IMG/VR virus record: IMGVR_UViG_3300042922_000295
Span: 20,498-84,497 of that record
Direction: 5' to 3' (one strand)
Origin: a virus
DNA length: 64,000 nucleotides
Shown here: one piece after another, positions 55,366 through 64,000 of the stretch
Layout of the letters: each line of letters begins with the position of its first letter
Position numbering within the stretch: position 1 is the stretch's first letter
Program-made: the position numbers and the translations under genes
Notes under the pieces: model-generated
What the model saw: the letters and a program-made list of their open reading frames with translations, nothing else
What the model was told of the DNA's origin: nothing
Databases searched by the model: none

Positions 55366-57258
55366 CTATCTGCGCCTCAACCGGTCAGGGATCAGGAACC
55401 CCATGCCCATCGAGGACGGCGTAGGCATCGGCCCCTGCGCCCCGAAGGGTCCGTTCGGAATGTCGCGACCCATGCCGACCGGGGACCACTGCTCAGCCTC
55501 GTGCTCGCCGTGGTCCTCGTCGGTCAGCTCACGGCTGGGCCGAGCCACGCCCTTACGGTACGAGCGATCCCCCATGAGGGTCGTCGTGACACCGGCGAGG
55601 CAGTCGGCCACATCCTTACTTCCGTCAGCAGGGTGGTCGATCTTCTTGCCCGTGTCGGTGAGCTGCGACAGCTCCTGGAAGGCGATATTCACCAGCGCCG
55701 AGTCGCCCTTGTTCAGGTAGGTCATGTACTTCGGGAACTCGATGCGCCGCTCGTAGATGGCCTCCCGCAAGTCCTCGTACGGAAGCTTGTTCTTGTCTAC
55801 CGAGAGGTAGTCCGCCCGATAGCGCTTCTTGCGGAGCTGCTGCATCGTGTCGGTGGACTGGAACCCATCCATGGTGACGGTGGAGATGCGGAACCCGAGC
55901 TCGTTCTTCATCTTGTAGATGATGCTGCGGATGTCCGAGAGCATGATCTCCTGCCCAGCGGGCACCTTCACGCGCATGAGGGCGTCGATGACGATGTACT
56001 CCTTGAGCTCGCCGTCGTCGGTCTCGATGAGGCGGTCGACGTACCCCATCGCCATGCCGAGTGCGTCGCCGTTGCCCGAGGTCGCGATGTCGATGTGCAC
56101 TGCACGACGGCGCGGGTCGTTCTGTGCCTGGAACCAGTCACGGAACATGATGCGAGTCGGCTCGGGGAGGACAGGGGACTCGTCGCCGAAGTCCGAGTGC
56201 TCGTGCCAGCGCGTCTGGCACTCCTCGATGCGGTCGAGGAGGCTGATAAACGGGTCCTCGGTCTCGGGCGGGATGCCTGCGAGGTCACGCAGCGCCTTCT
56301 CGGGGTTGGTGTCGAACTGGTGCTTGTACGCGTTCGGGACCTCGATGAAGTCCTCGTTCTCGACCATGCCCGCGATGCCATCAGGGATGATGGACTTGCG
56401 CTTACGGTCGTACCAGAAGCTGTCCCGCGTGCCGTCCGGCTTGAGGAACTTGTGCCAGCCGAGCGACTCCCAGATCGTCATGCGCGTGACGTGCGCCTTG
56501 GGATTCTGCTTCATCTGCTTGTACTTCTTCGCAGCGAAGCCGGACCCCTTCTTCATCTGTCCGATACAGATGAGCAGACCCTTGTGCCCGTTCGTGTCCT
56601 CGTCGATGAATCGCGAGGCGATGCGGGACTGGATCGTATCGAAGCCGACGTCGGCATAGTCCTTGTCCTGGGTGACCTTGTGAGAGTCCATCTCATCGAG
56701 GATGCCCGCGAGGATGTTGTAACCCTCGAACGTGGTCTCAGCGCTGTCGCCAGGGAGAATCCAGATGTCCTTGCCGGGGAATCGAATCTGCTTGGTGAAC
56801 TTCTTGTCGTACTGCGCGTTGACGAGGAACCAGGCACTGTGCTCGATGCGCGCCTTGATGTCGCCGAAGATGACCTGCATGGCCTGATCCTCGGATGTAG
56901 ACATCTGCATGAAGGCGATGCGCGATCCGGGCAGCAGGTTGAAGTAGTCCTGCGGGTCACGAAGGCAGATCACCCAATGGACCATGTACGGCAGCGCGAT
57001 CGAGGCGAACGTCGTCTTGCCGATGCCGATACCACCGGTGACCATCGCCTCCTCGAAGTTGGCGATGCGCTTGCCGTTGACCTTCTCGCCGAAGATCTCC
57101 ACGAGAGCCTTCTTGAGGCCGGGGCGAACCTTGGCCTCGATGTCGAGGTAGCCCTCCCCAAGGAACTCCAGGATCGACGCAGGCTTCTGGTCGAAGTGCG
57201 GGTGGTCCTGGAGCCACTTCAGCTCTTCGGCTGCGGCTACCGGATCGAAGGTGTTCAT
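55366..57258 (-). CDS. Terminase large subunit
   Basis: Walker A GGIGIGKT, ILDE, HIDIA..GD and DHP..GSKDVAD. Confidence 0.95.
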   Translation of the reverse strand: MNTFDPVAAAEELKWLQDHPHFDQKPASILEFLGEGYLDIEAKVRPGLKKALVEIFGEKVNGKRIANFEEAMVTGGIGIGKTTFASIALPYMVHWVICLRDPQDYFNLLPGSRIAFMQMSTSEDQAMQVIFGDIKARIEHSAWFLVNAQYDKKFTKQIRFPGKDIWILPGDSAETTFEGYNILAGILDEMDSHKVTQDKDYADVGFDTIQSRIASRFIDEDTNGHKGLLICIGQMKKGSGFAAKKYKQMKQNPKAHVTRMTIWESLGWHKFLKPDGTRDSFWYDRKRKSIIPDGIAGMVENEDFIEVPNAYKHQFDTNPEKALRDLAGIPPETEDPFISLLDRIEECQTRWHEHSDFGDESPVLPEPTRIMFRDWFQAQNDPRRRAVHIDIATSGNGDALGMAMGYVDRLIETDDGELKEYIVIDALMRVKVPAGQEIMLSDIRSIIYKMKNELGFRISTVTMDGFQSTDTMQQLRKKRYRADYLSVDKNKLPYEDLREAIYERRIEFPKYMTYLNKGDSALVNIAFQELSQLTDTGKKIDHPADGSKDVADCLAGVTTTLMGDRSYRKGVARPSRELTDEDHGEHEAEQWSPVGMGRDIPNGPFGAQGPMPTPSSMGMGFLIPDRLRRR

Positions 57259-58643
57259 CCCTCGATCACCGTGCCCTCGATCTCCTTCATGTCGGACTGC
57301 TGCATCTGCTGCGGGTCGACTCGACCCTCCAGCAGGCCGCGCATCATGTCCGGCGTGATCTGGTCACGCGGTACACCCTGGTCCTCCAGTTCGCGCACGA
57401 TGCTCGCGACCAAGATCTTGGGGTTGACCTGAGCCTGCACCCCGACCTGTCCAGCCTGCCCGACGTTCACCTGGACCTTCGCGCCGCCCCGCAGGTTGGG
57501 GTCGATCAGCTTCGCCATCTCGGTGCCCTGCTTGAAGAGCTGGTTCGACAGCTTGGTGACCTCGGGGTCGATGTCGCCCAACTGCTCCTCGACCGACAGG
57601 CCACGCTCCAACCGGCGCGCCGTGAGGACCGTCAGGTCCTTCAGGCCGTCGATGATGCGGTCGGCGTCGCGGGTGTTGAACTGGTCCGACAGTGTCTTGG
57701 GGGACGCGTGCGGAAGCGAGCACACGGCGCCGTCCCGGTAGTGCTTGCACTGGCTCGCCAGGGTGCACGAGTTGCACGTCACCTTGTCGCCGGGTTGCAC
57801 CTTGGTGCCGGTCGTGGTCAGGTGCGACTTCGTCTCGGGCGCCTGGTAGGACGCGTCCGGTGTCGTCGTGTCCACCACGGACTGCTTGCGCGTGTTGGAC
57901 AGGCGCACGTTGGGAACCGAGTCCCAGTTCTCGGCGGCCCACAGGGCGGACTTGATGTTGTACTGGCACCGCATCGCCGGGATGGCGAGCTCGACCGGCT
58001 TGAAGCCGATGATGGTCACCCAGTTCGGCCAGGCGCGGGCCTGCTCGAAGGTGAGCATCTTGCCGATGGGCAGGAACACATTCCCCTTCTGGGCGGTCGA
58101 CCGAGGGTCGATGTCCACCGAGAAGAAGTTACTGCCGAACATCACGCGGTACGAGTAGAGCCCGTGGATGTGCAGCTTGACGTCGGGGTAGTCCTCCTGA
58201 AGCTCGATGAGCTTCGTGGCGAACGTGCGACCTGGCCCGGTGTTCATGTCGGGCAGGTTGGTGATGACCACCCGGTGCTCCTGCCCGAACACGGGGCGCT
58301 CGTCTCCCGGGATCGAGGTGTCGCTGCATGCCGACTCGTTCTCGCCGAGCGGGTTCTCCAGCAGCTCTTCGAGAAGGCGGATGTCCTCGCCGTACTCCCA
58401 GACCGGGTACACCGCCGAGGGGCGGTCGAGCTCGTCGCCGCTTCGATACTCAGCCGCACCCTGTACTCCGATGGACATGGCGCGCCAGGCGTACGCCTCT
58501 CCGAAGTACAGCGACGCGTGCTTGATGGGATCGAGCTTGCGCTTTGCGAGCATGCCTCGATCCCACGCCACGAGACAGACGCCGGTGTCGACCATCTCTC
58601 GGATGTAGTTGTGCGGGTTTCTGCACCACACCTCTGTTGCCAC
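57255..58643 (-). CDS. TGT/DpdA-like domain fused to Cys4 and helical domain (possible small terminase)
   Basis: YPVWEYGEDIRLL and KLHIHGL...FFSVD resemble phage queuine tRNA-ribosyltransferase-like proteins; CNSC...C...C; ATGA overlap with TerL. Confidence 0.6.
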   Translation of the reverse strand: MATEVWCRNPHNYIREMVDTGVCLVAWDRGMLAKRKLDPIKHASLYFGEAYAWRAMSIGVQGAAEYRSGDELDRPSAVYPVWEYGEDIRLLEELLENPLGENESACSDTSIPGDERPVFGQEHRVVITNLPDMNTGPGRTFATKLIELQEDYPDVKLHIHGLYSYRVMFGSNFFSVDIDPRSTAQKGNVFLPIGKMLTFEQARAWPNWVTIIGFKPVELAIPAMRCQYNIKSALWAAENWDSVPNVRLSNTRKQSVVDTTTPDASYQAPETKSHLTTTGTKVQPGDKVTCNSCTLASQCKHYRDGAVCSLPHASPKTLSDQFNTRDADRIIDGLKDLTVLTARRLERGLSVEEQLGDIDPEVTKLSNQLFKQGTEMAKLIDPNLRGGAKVQVNVGQAGQVGVQAQVNPKILVASIVRELEDQGVPRDQITPDMMRGLLEGRVDPQQMQQSDMKEIEGTVIEG

Positions 58644-58677
58644 AGTTTCCTCCAGTTGCCACGGTAAGCCTGAGCGC

Positions 58678-58707
58678 AGGGTAGGGCATTGCTTCCTAGT
58701 CGCGCAA
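58678..58707 (-). promoter_or_regulatory. Putative promoter of the packaging operon
   Basis: TTGCGC-18 nt-TACCCT. Confidence 0.6.
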
Positions 58708-58715
58708 GAGGGAAC

Positions 58716-58748
58716 GGCCCCCGGAGTGGAGCGGTCACTCCGGGGGCC
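58716..58748. repeat. 13-bp inverted repeat in the divergent control region
   Basis: GGCCCCCGGAGTG / CACTCCGGGGGCC. Confidence 0.85.
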
Positions 58749-58921
58749 TGGGCACCGTGGCACGGTACGGCGCGAGCGTACACGCACGAGGGGGTCCGGG
58801 GTAGCCCTACGGGATCGGAGGGACGGTGGCGGCGCCCGATTCGGGAGGGATACGATAGGGGTCCGGTTCGCCCCGTTGGCGCGGCCCGGGAACGACCCGA
58901 CGCAGCACCTGGAGAACTGAC

Positions 58922-59764
58922 TTGTCTGATGACACCGCTCTTGCGGACCTGCTCGCCCAGAAGTTCATCTCTCGCCGGGATGTGAAGGCGATCCAGATGC
59001 CTGACGGCGCCTGGCGCCCGCACACGGCCGACGGCCGTACAGATGGCCAGCGCCTCCCGTGGAAGAGAACGGACCTTCGTAGGCACCTCGCTGGCGAGGT
59101 CACCTACGGACACTACCTGCTCGGCACGGACGACACGTGCAAGCTGTTCGCTTTCGACATCGACCTGGAGAAGAACAACCCGAACAACGATCCCGACTTC
59201 ATCGGAAGCTGGGTCGACACTTCGGGTCAGGTCCACGCGTTCGACGCCCGCGAGGCATGGCTGGATCGCCGCCATCCGAGCAGGGAGTTCCAGAAGATTC
59301 ACCTCATGATGATGGGGTACGCTCTGGCGTCGACCATCGCCACCGAGCTGGAGCTTCCCACCGCGATGGCATACAGCGGAGGCAAGGGCATCCACGTCTA
59401 CGGCTTCACCGGGCCGATGCCTGCCAAGGATGTCCGCGACGGCGCGAGGATCGTTCTGGACCAGTTCCAGCACGAGCTGGAGCCCACGAAGGGCGAGAAC
59501 TTCTACCGCACCACGAACCGTCACGACGACCTGACGGACGGCCTGCGGAACATGACCATCGAGGTGTTCCCCAAGCAGGACAGCCTCGGCGGCAAGGACT
59601 TGGGGAACCTCATGCGGCTTCCCCTCGGCAAGAATCTCAAGAACCCGAAGGACCCCACGTTCTTCATCGACCCGGACGGAGACTGGACGAAGATGCCCCC
59701 CATCGATCCCATGACAGCCCTGAACCGCACCTGGCTTCCCTCGGCTGTCGCGCAGAATGCCTGA
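58922..59764 (+). CDS. Archaeo-eukaryotic primase (TOTE-type AEP domain)
   Basis: HLAG..T.G.Y, FAFDID, SGGKGIHV, EVFPKQD..GNL.RLP. Confidence 0.85.
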   Translation: MSDDTALADLLAQKFISRRDVKAIQMPDGAWRPHTADGRTDGQRLPWKRTDLRRHLAGEVTYGHYLLGTDDTCKLFAFDIDLEKNNPNNDPDFIGSWVDTSGQVHAFDAREAWLDRRHPSREFQKIHLMMMGYALASTIATELELPTAMAYSGGKGIHVYGFTGPMPAKDVRDGARIVLDQFQHELEPTKGENFYRTTNRHDDLTDGLRNMTIEVFPKQDSLGGKDLGNLMRLPLGKNLKNPKDPTFFIDPDGDWTKMPPIDPMTALNRTWLPSAVAQNA

Positions 59765-61667
59765 CGCAAGCTCCTCCGCTTTTCAGCGCAAGCTGGCTGA
59801 GAAGCGCGCAAGGGAGGCTGCAGAGAAGGCTAAGAACTCACCACAGCCGTCCGGGTGGGAAGCCTATGCCGACTTGATCCCGACGGTCGACGATGTGCAT
59901 GAGCGCAGCGCCGACCAGAAGGCTCTGGACACCGCAGTCGAAGGCATCGACATCATCGCTGCCTATCGTCGCTGGTGCGGCAAGATGGAACCGGTCGTCG
60001 GCAAGAAGCGCGAGAGCATCATGATCTCGTGTCCGAAGCCGAACCACAAGGACTCGAACCCCTCGGCGTGGATCAACCTGGACAAGCAGACGTGGTTCTG
60101 CGGCTCGTGCCAGGAGGGTGGCGACTCGCACGACATCGCCGCCTACCACTACGGATACCCCGTACCGCAGTACAAGAACGACGCCACCTTCCACAAGCTG
60201 CGCGAGCAGATGGCGAAGGACTTCGGCTTCACCATCCAGAAGATGCCGGGTGGTGTGACTCACGTCATCGCCCCCGAGCCGGAGCCGGAGGAGGAGCCCA
60301 CACCGACGCCCACCGGGCCTGTCGTCGTCGGACCGGAGCCCACGGTTCCCGAGCTGGCACCAGTCATCGAGATGACCGACGATGGCGACCTTCCGTCGTA
60401 CGACTACCCGTCGCTCGACTGGCGTTCTATCGTCCCCGAGAACAGCTTCATCCGCATGTACATGCGGCAGTGCATCGTGGACGACATCGCGGAGGAGTAT
60501 CACTTCTGGAACGCACTTGTCGCCGTGGGGTTCGCCCTCGGCCGCGAGGCCAGGCTGTTCGACTCTAGGCCGGTGTACGGGAACTTGTTCGTCTGTACCC
60601 TGGGGCACTCCGGGTCTGGCAAGTCAAAGGCGGCGGGCTACCTCAACAACGTGCTGGACGAGGCACTCCCGCACGACTGGACGGACCCCTCGTCGCGTGG
60701 TGTGCGTCGCATCGCCACGCCGGGCTCGGCCGAGGTTCTGATCCACAGCTTCCAGAAGCAGGTGACAGACCCGAGCGACCCGAAGAAGGTCATGTACCAC
60801 GCCCCGGTCAAGGGTCTGATCGACTTCAACGAGTTCTCCCAGCTCATGGGGCGTGCGGGTCGGCAGGGCAACATGCTCAAGCCGACCCTCATGCAGTTCT
60901 ACGACATGGACAACCTGATCACGTCGAACTCGCTCACCACGGGGTCCAAGGAAGCTCACGACCCCTTCGCGTCCATCCTTACGACGACCCAGCCCGCCGC
61001 GATGCGCGAGCTGGTTGGAAAGGGCGACGACAATTCGGGATTCTTGAACCGTTGGGTGTTCGTCGCCGGGCCGGACAAAAAGAAGGTTTCCATCGGCGGC
61101 GCGAAGATCGACATCTCGCCCTCGGTGCCCTACCTGCAGGCCATCTTCGCATGGGCTGGCCAGTTCAGGGACAACGAGTACGTAGAGCTCGGCCCGGAGG
61201 CGTACGAGGAATGGGACAAGGCCTTCCACGAGGTTGTCTACCCGAAGAAGATCGGCTCGTCGTCGTCCATCCTCAACCGGCTCGACCTGCTCATGAAGAA
61301 GCTCATCCTGCTGCTCGCTGGTAACAAGATGGAGCGCGTGGTGTCCGGCCAGACGGTGCGAGAGGCCATGAGCCTCTTCGACTACATCCTCAAGTGCTAC
61401 GAGATGCCCGAATCGGAGCTCGGCAAGACGCTGAACTCCGAGGTCCAGGAGGCGGTGCTGTACCAGTGCCGCAAGCAGTGGGAGAAGAACCCCCAGGCGG
61501 GCGTGACGGTGTCCATCATCGCTCGCAACCTCGCCAGGCGGAACTATCCGAGGGAGATGATCGTGAAGACGCTTGACACCCTTGTCAAGCTGGACCTTAT
61601 CGAACCCGTGGTGTCCGAACCGGGCAAGCGCGGCCGACCGACAACGAGGTACCGCTATGTCGGCTGA
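59757..61667 (+). CDS. Zinc finger (CHC2-like) plus DUF3987-like P-loop helicase
   Basis: CP...H.D..PS...WFCGSC; GHSGSGKS; GFLNRW; C-terminal winged helix GRP...Y. Confidence 0.85.
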   Translation: MPDASSSAFQRKLAEKRAREAAEKAKNSPQPSGWEAYADLIPTVDDVHERSADQKALDTAVEGIDIIAAYRRWCGKMEPVVGKKRESIMISCPKPNHKDSNPSAWINLDKQTWFCGSCQEGGDSHDIAAYHYGYPVPQYKNDATFHKLREQMAKDFGFTIQKMPGGVTHVIAPEPEPEEEPTPTPTGPVVVGPEPTVPELAPVIEMTDDGDLPSYDYPSLDWRSIVPENSFIRMYMRQCIVDDIAEEYHFWNALVAVGFALGREARLFDSRPVYGNLFVCTLGHSGSGKSKAAGYLNNVLDEALPHDWTDPSSRGVRRIATPGSAEVLIHSFQKQVTDPSDPKKVMYHAPVKGLIDFNEFSQLMGRAGRQGNMLKPTLMQFYDMDNLITSNSLTTGSKEAHDPFASILTTTQPAAMRELVGKGDDNSGFLNRWVFVAGPDKKKVSIGGAKIDISPSVPYLQAIFAWAGQFRDNEYVELGPEAYEEWDKAFHEVVYPKKIGSSSSILNRLDLLMKKLILLLAGNKMERVVSGQTVREAMSLFDYILKCYEMPESELGKTLNSEVQEAVLYQCRKQWEKNPQAGVTVSIIARNLARRNYPREMIVKTLDTLVKLDLIEPVVSEPGKRGRPTTRYRYVG

Positions 61668-62025
61668 CCACGACGTGAACCTTCTCCGGAACGCCTCGAT
61701 CGAGTGGGTCGAGAACGGCCGTCTCGTTCTTCAGCTCTCCAACGGCGATAGGCTCATCCTCGCGCAGGACGTCTACGACGAGCTGTGCGACGGTGAATAC
61801 TCTAACCGGCAGCACTACAGCCGCGCCACCTACGCCAAGGGGTGCCGTGGCCCGATGTGCCGTCTCGCTGAGACGCACCGGGGCCGCAAGCGCAACGCCG
61901 ACCGCGCCCATGAAGGCGGTCGGGAGTATCGCGAGGGCTTCCGCACCAACGACAGGTCGGTGGAACTCGCCCCGATCATCACCTGGCACCTCGCGACCCG
62001 GGGCCGCAAGATACGCGAGTCCTAG
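61657..62025 (+). CDS. Hypothetical protein (H...TY..GCR...CR motif)
   Basis: GAGGT RBS; overlaps the helicase stop. Confidence 0.75.
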   Translation: MSADHDVNLLRNASIEWVENGRLVLQLSNGDRLILAQDVYDELCDGEYSNRQHYSRATYAKGCRGPMCRLAETHRGRKRNADRAHEGGREYREGFRTNDRSVELAPIITWHLATRGRKIRES

Positions 62026-62031
62026 AAGCAG

Positions 62032-62068
62032 AGAAACCCCCCGGCTGGAATCCAGCCGGGGGGTTTCT
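62032..62068. terminator. Bidirectional intrinsic terminator
   Basis: AGAAACCCCCCGGCTGGA / TCCAGCCGGGGGGTTTCT between convergent genes. Confidence 0.9.
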
Positions 62069-62075
62069 TGTGTCC

Positions 62076-62819
62076 TTATTGCAAGGCGCCTCGTTGGATC
62101 GGCGGTAGGTCGCCGGACAGGTTTCCAGTCGCATAGTCGTACGCGACGTCAGCGATGTGCCCGATGAGCGACCCGTCGAACTCGTCGCCGCAGATACACC
62201 CGGGCTCCGTCTGCGAGATGGGGCCGTGGTGCTCCTCGACTAGCGCCACGACCTGCTCGGGAGGGCGCCGTGCCCACATGTGACCCTCGAAGATGAGGGA
62301 CCCATCCTTGTCGTGGTTGAACTCCACCTCAACGCGGGGCACCTCGCCCACGGCATGCGTGAAGGTGACGAAATGCACACCGTCGAGCGAGGTGCCGTTG
62401 ACCACGACCTCTGTAGTGGAGGGCGAGATGTTCTGCACCTTCACCATGCCAGACTTCGGAATGCGGGACTTGACGTTGGTGCGCTCGGCCTGCGTGGTGT
62501 ACTTCTTGGCGCTGCACTTGGGGCAGTAGTAGCGCGTGACAACATTGCCCTCGATCTCGTCTGGAAGCCAGGCGTGTTCGCACGACCCAGAGGTGGGAGC
62601 TCCGCCCACAACCTCCAGAGGCCCGTTTCCCAGGGAGTCCTTGAAGACCTGTGGCGGCTCAGTGCCCACCTCCCACCACAGGTCGGAGTTGCAGATGAAG
62701 CAGTTGACGAGATACCGACCTTTGGTGTGACCCAGATCAGTTCGTACGTGACCCCACTGGTGCCTGTCGTCGCGACAGCAGGCGACAGTGCGGTCGAAGT
62801 CCCAGCTCAGCTGACCCAC
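62076..62819 (-). CDS. Cys/His-rich hypothetical protein
   Basis: GGAGG RBS, GTG 62819; several CxxC motifs. Confidence 0.75.
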   Translation of the reverse strand: MGQLSWDFDRTVACCRDDRHQWGHVRTDLGHTKGRYLVNCFICNSDLWWEVGTEPPQVFKDSLGNGPLEVVGGAPTSGSCEHAWLPDEIEGNVVTRYYCPKCSAKKYTTQAERTNVKSRIPKSGMVKVQNISPSTTEVVVNGTSLDGVHFVTFTHAVGEVPRVEVEFNHDKDGSLIFEGHMWARRPPEQVVALVEEHHGPISQTEPGCICGDEFDGSLIGHIADVAYDYATGNLSGDLPPIQRGALQ

Positions 62820-63499
62820 CTCCAGTTCTCCTTGCCAGCCTTGAAGCCGCCGCACACCTGGCATTGCGTGCCCGTGATGCTCCCCACCATGGCGCGTGCC
62901 GTTCGCGTGTGCGAGCAGGCGTCGACCTCTTCCTTGGTGTACTGACGCTTCTCGTTGCACCCGTGGCAGATCTTCCAGCCGCGCCGCATGTGGTGGTGCT
63001 CCCACTCGTGCTCGTGCGGCTGCTCCTCCAACACGGCCTCAAGCAGGACTGCCGCGCCGTCGAGCCACATGATGCGAGTGTGCCCGCCGTGCCCGTGGAC
63101 CTTCAGCGCGTCGTCGGCGGATGCGTACGTGATGGTGGAGGCCGTGTCCCCACGCCAGCGGAGCGTCACGGTGCCGTCAGTAAACTGCACCCCGTCCGCG
63201 ATGACGCCGGTGCCCGAGACGCCTGTAACGTCGTGAGAGCGGATGAGGACGAACTTGCGGAACCCCTTGGTCGGCGCACCCTCGCGCTCATCGTGCGGCT
63301 CCAGGCCGGGGCCGAACACCGCGACCTCCATCTGCACGAGGGTGATCGCGTCCATGAGTGCGCAGAGCGCCGGGTGGGTCTCCTGGAGAGACTTCCCGGC
63401 GCGCTGCTTGGGGTGGACCGACTCGTTGGCTTCCTGCATGGCCTTGGTGAACGCCGCTGAGAGCTGGTTCGCAGCAGCCTGGATGACACGGAGGTCCAT
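62807..63499 (-). CDS. Hypothetical protein
   Basis: Contains the F.L.R..DVTGVSGTG..A.GV.F.DG...HGH.G module common in actinophages. Confidence 0.8.
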   Translation of the reverse strand: MDLRVIQAAANQLSAAFTKAMQEANESVHPKQRAGKSLQETHPALCALMDAITLVQMEVAVFGPGLEPHDEREGAPTKGFRKFVLIRSHDVTGVSGTGVIADGVQFTDGTVTLRWRGDTASTITYASADDALKVHGHGGHTRIMWLDGAAVLLEAVLEEQPHEHEWEHHHMRRGWKICHGCNEKRQYTKEEVDACSHTRTARAMVGSITGTQCQVCGGFKAGKENWRWVS

Positions 63500-63750
63500 C
63501 AGTCGACCTCCGGCTTGGTGGGCTCTTCGGTGGCATCGAGCAAGGCCTCGCCGACCATCCGGAGAACCTTGTTCCCCAGGTCTCGGGCGAGCACCGGGTT
63601 CTCGGCCTGTATCGACTCGGCGTAGGCGATGATCGCGTTGACGGCGTGAGGGTCGTGCTTGGGGTCCAAGACGAACACCCAGCAGTTGTCGTGCTTGCCC
63701 TCCGGGTCGTTGATCTTCTTGACCTCGTAGCGTGCTTCCAGGCCCTTCAC
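63499..63750 (-). CDS. Hypothetical protein, 83 aa
   Basis: FVLDPKHDPHA..A..AYA motif; coupled start and stop. Confidence 0.8.
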   Translation of the reverse strand: MKGLEARYEVKKINDPEGKHDNCWVFVLDPKHDPHAVNAIIAYAESIQAENPVLARDLGNKVLRMVGEALLDATEEPTKPEVD

Positions 63751-63977
63751 GATACCTCCTTGTAGGGGACGAGCAGTGCGGCCAGGGCGCAGATTGCGCT
63801 GGCGATGAGGGGGAGCAGGGCGACGGGGGTCAGGTTGCCGCTGATGATGACGAACCAGACGAACCCCGCCAGGGCGCCGATGCTGGCGCTGAAAAGGAGC
63901 TTCGCACCGTAGCGCATCTCGTACCGACGCGGCGGGGCGGGCTTCTTGGCGATCACTGTTGCGTGTCTACCTTTCAT
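63747..63977 (-). CDS. Small membrane protein (2 TM)
   Basis: Two hydrophobic segments. Confidence 0.75.
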   Translation of the reverse strand: MKGRHATVIAKKPAPPRRYEMRYGAKLLFSASIGALAGFVWFVIISGNLTPVALLPLIASAICALAALLVPYKEVS

Positions 63978-64000
63978 CGTTACTCGTCGTGGAACGTGGG

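Larger units (their letters stand above)
1..64000. mobile_element. Actinobacteriophage (siphovirus-like) genome segment
   Basis: Terminase, portal, ClpP-type protease, capsid, tail tube, frameshifted tail chaperone, tape measure, endolysin and holins plus phage replication genes. No host housekeeping genes or prophage boundary are visible. Confidence 0.97.

Noticed and set aside
1-64000. tRNA, tmRNA or rRNA genes, introns, inteins
   Set aside because: No cloverleaf or T-loop signatures in the few intergenic gaps; terminase and helicases are of normal size. Checked by eye only.

Overview
High-GC, gene-dense 64 kb segment of a tailed siphovirus-type dsDNA phage or prophage of an actinobacterial host (WhiB, LAxTG sortase signal, MSMEG_6728-like gene). 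There are four blocks. (1) 1-25052, + strand: early and replication genes, including a 5'-truncated CobT-like VWA protein, tyrosine recombinase, cell-wall-anchored protein, SSB-like protein, SNF2 helicase, Orn-like exonuclease, sliding clamp, MazG, RusA, DNA methyltransferase, WhiB and Cas4-like nuclease. (2) 25042-58643, - strand: a packaging, head, tail and lysis operon. (3) 58922-62025, + strand: primase and helicase. (4) 62076-63977, - strand: small genes. The most unusual observations are three abutting +1-frame ORFs nested in the acidic linker of the VWA gene; a WhiB domain with no in-frame start codon that is reachable by a -1 frameshift at CCCAAAA; a roughly 200-nt structured non-coding region; a recurrent GACCCGACAC intergenic motif; a LAxTG surface protein; a PhoD-type phosphoesterase within the tail genes; and a TGT-like domain in the small-terminase position. 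All calls come from motif recognition by eye; no searches or computations were run.
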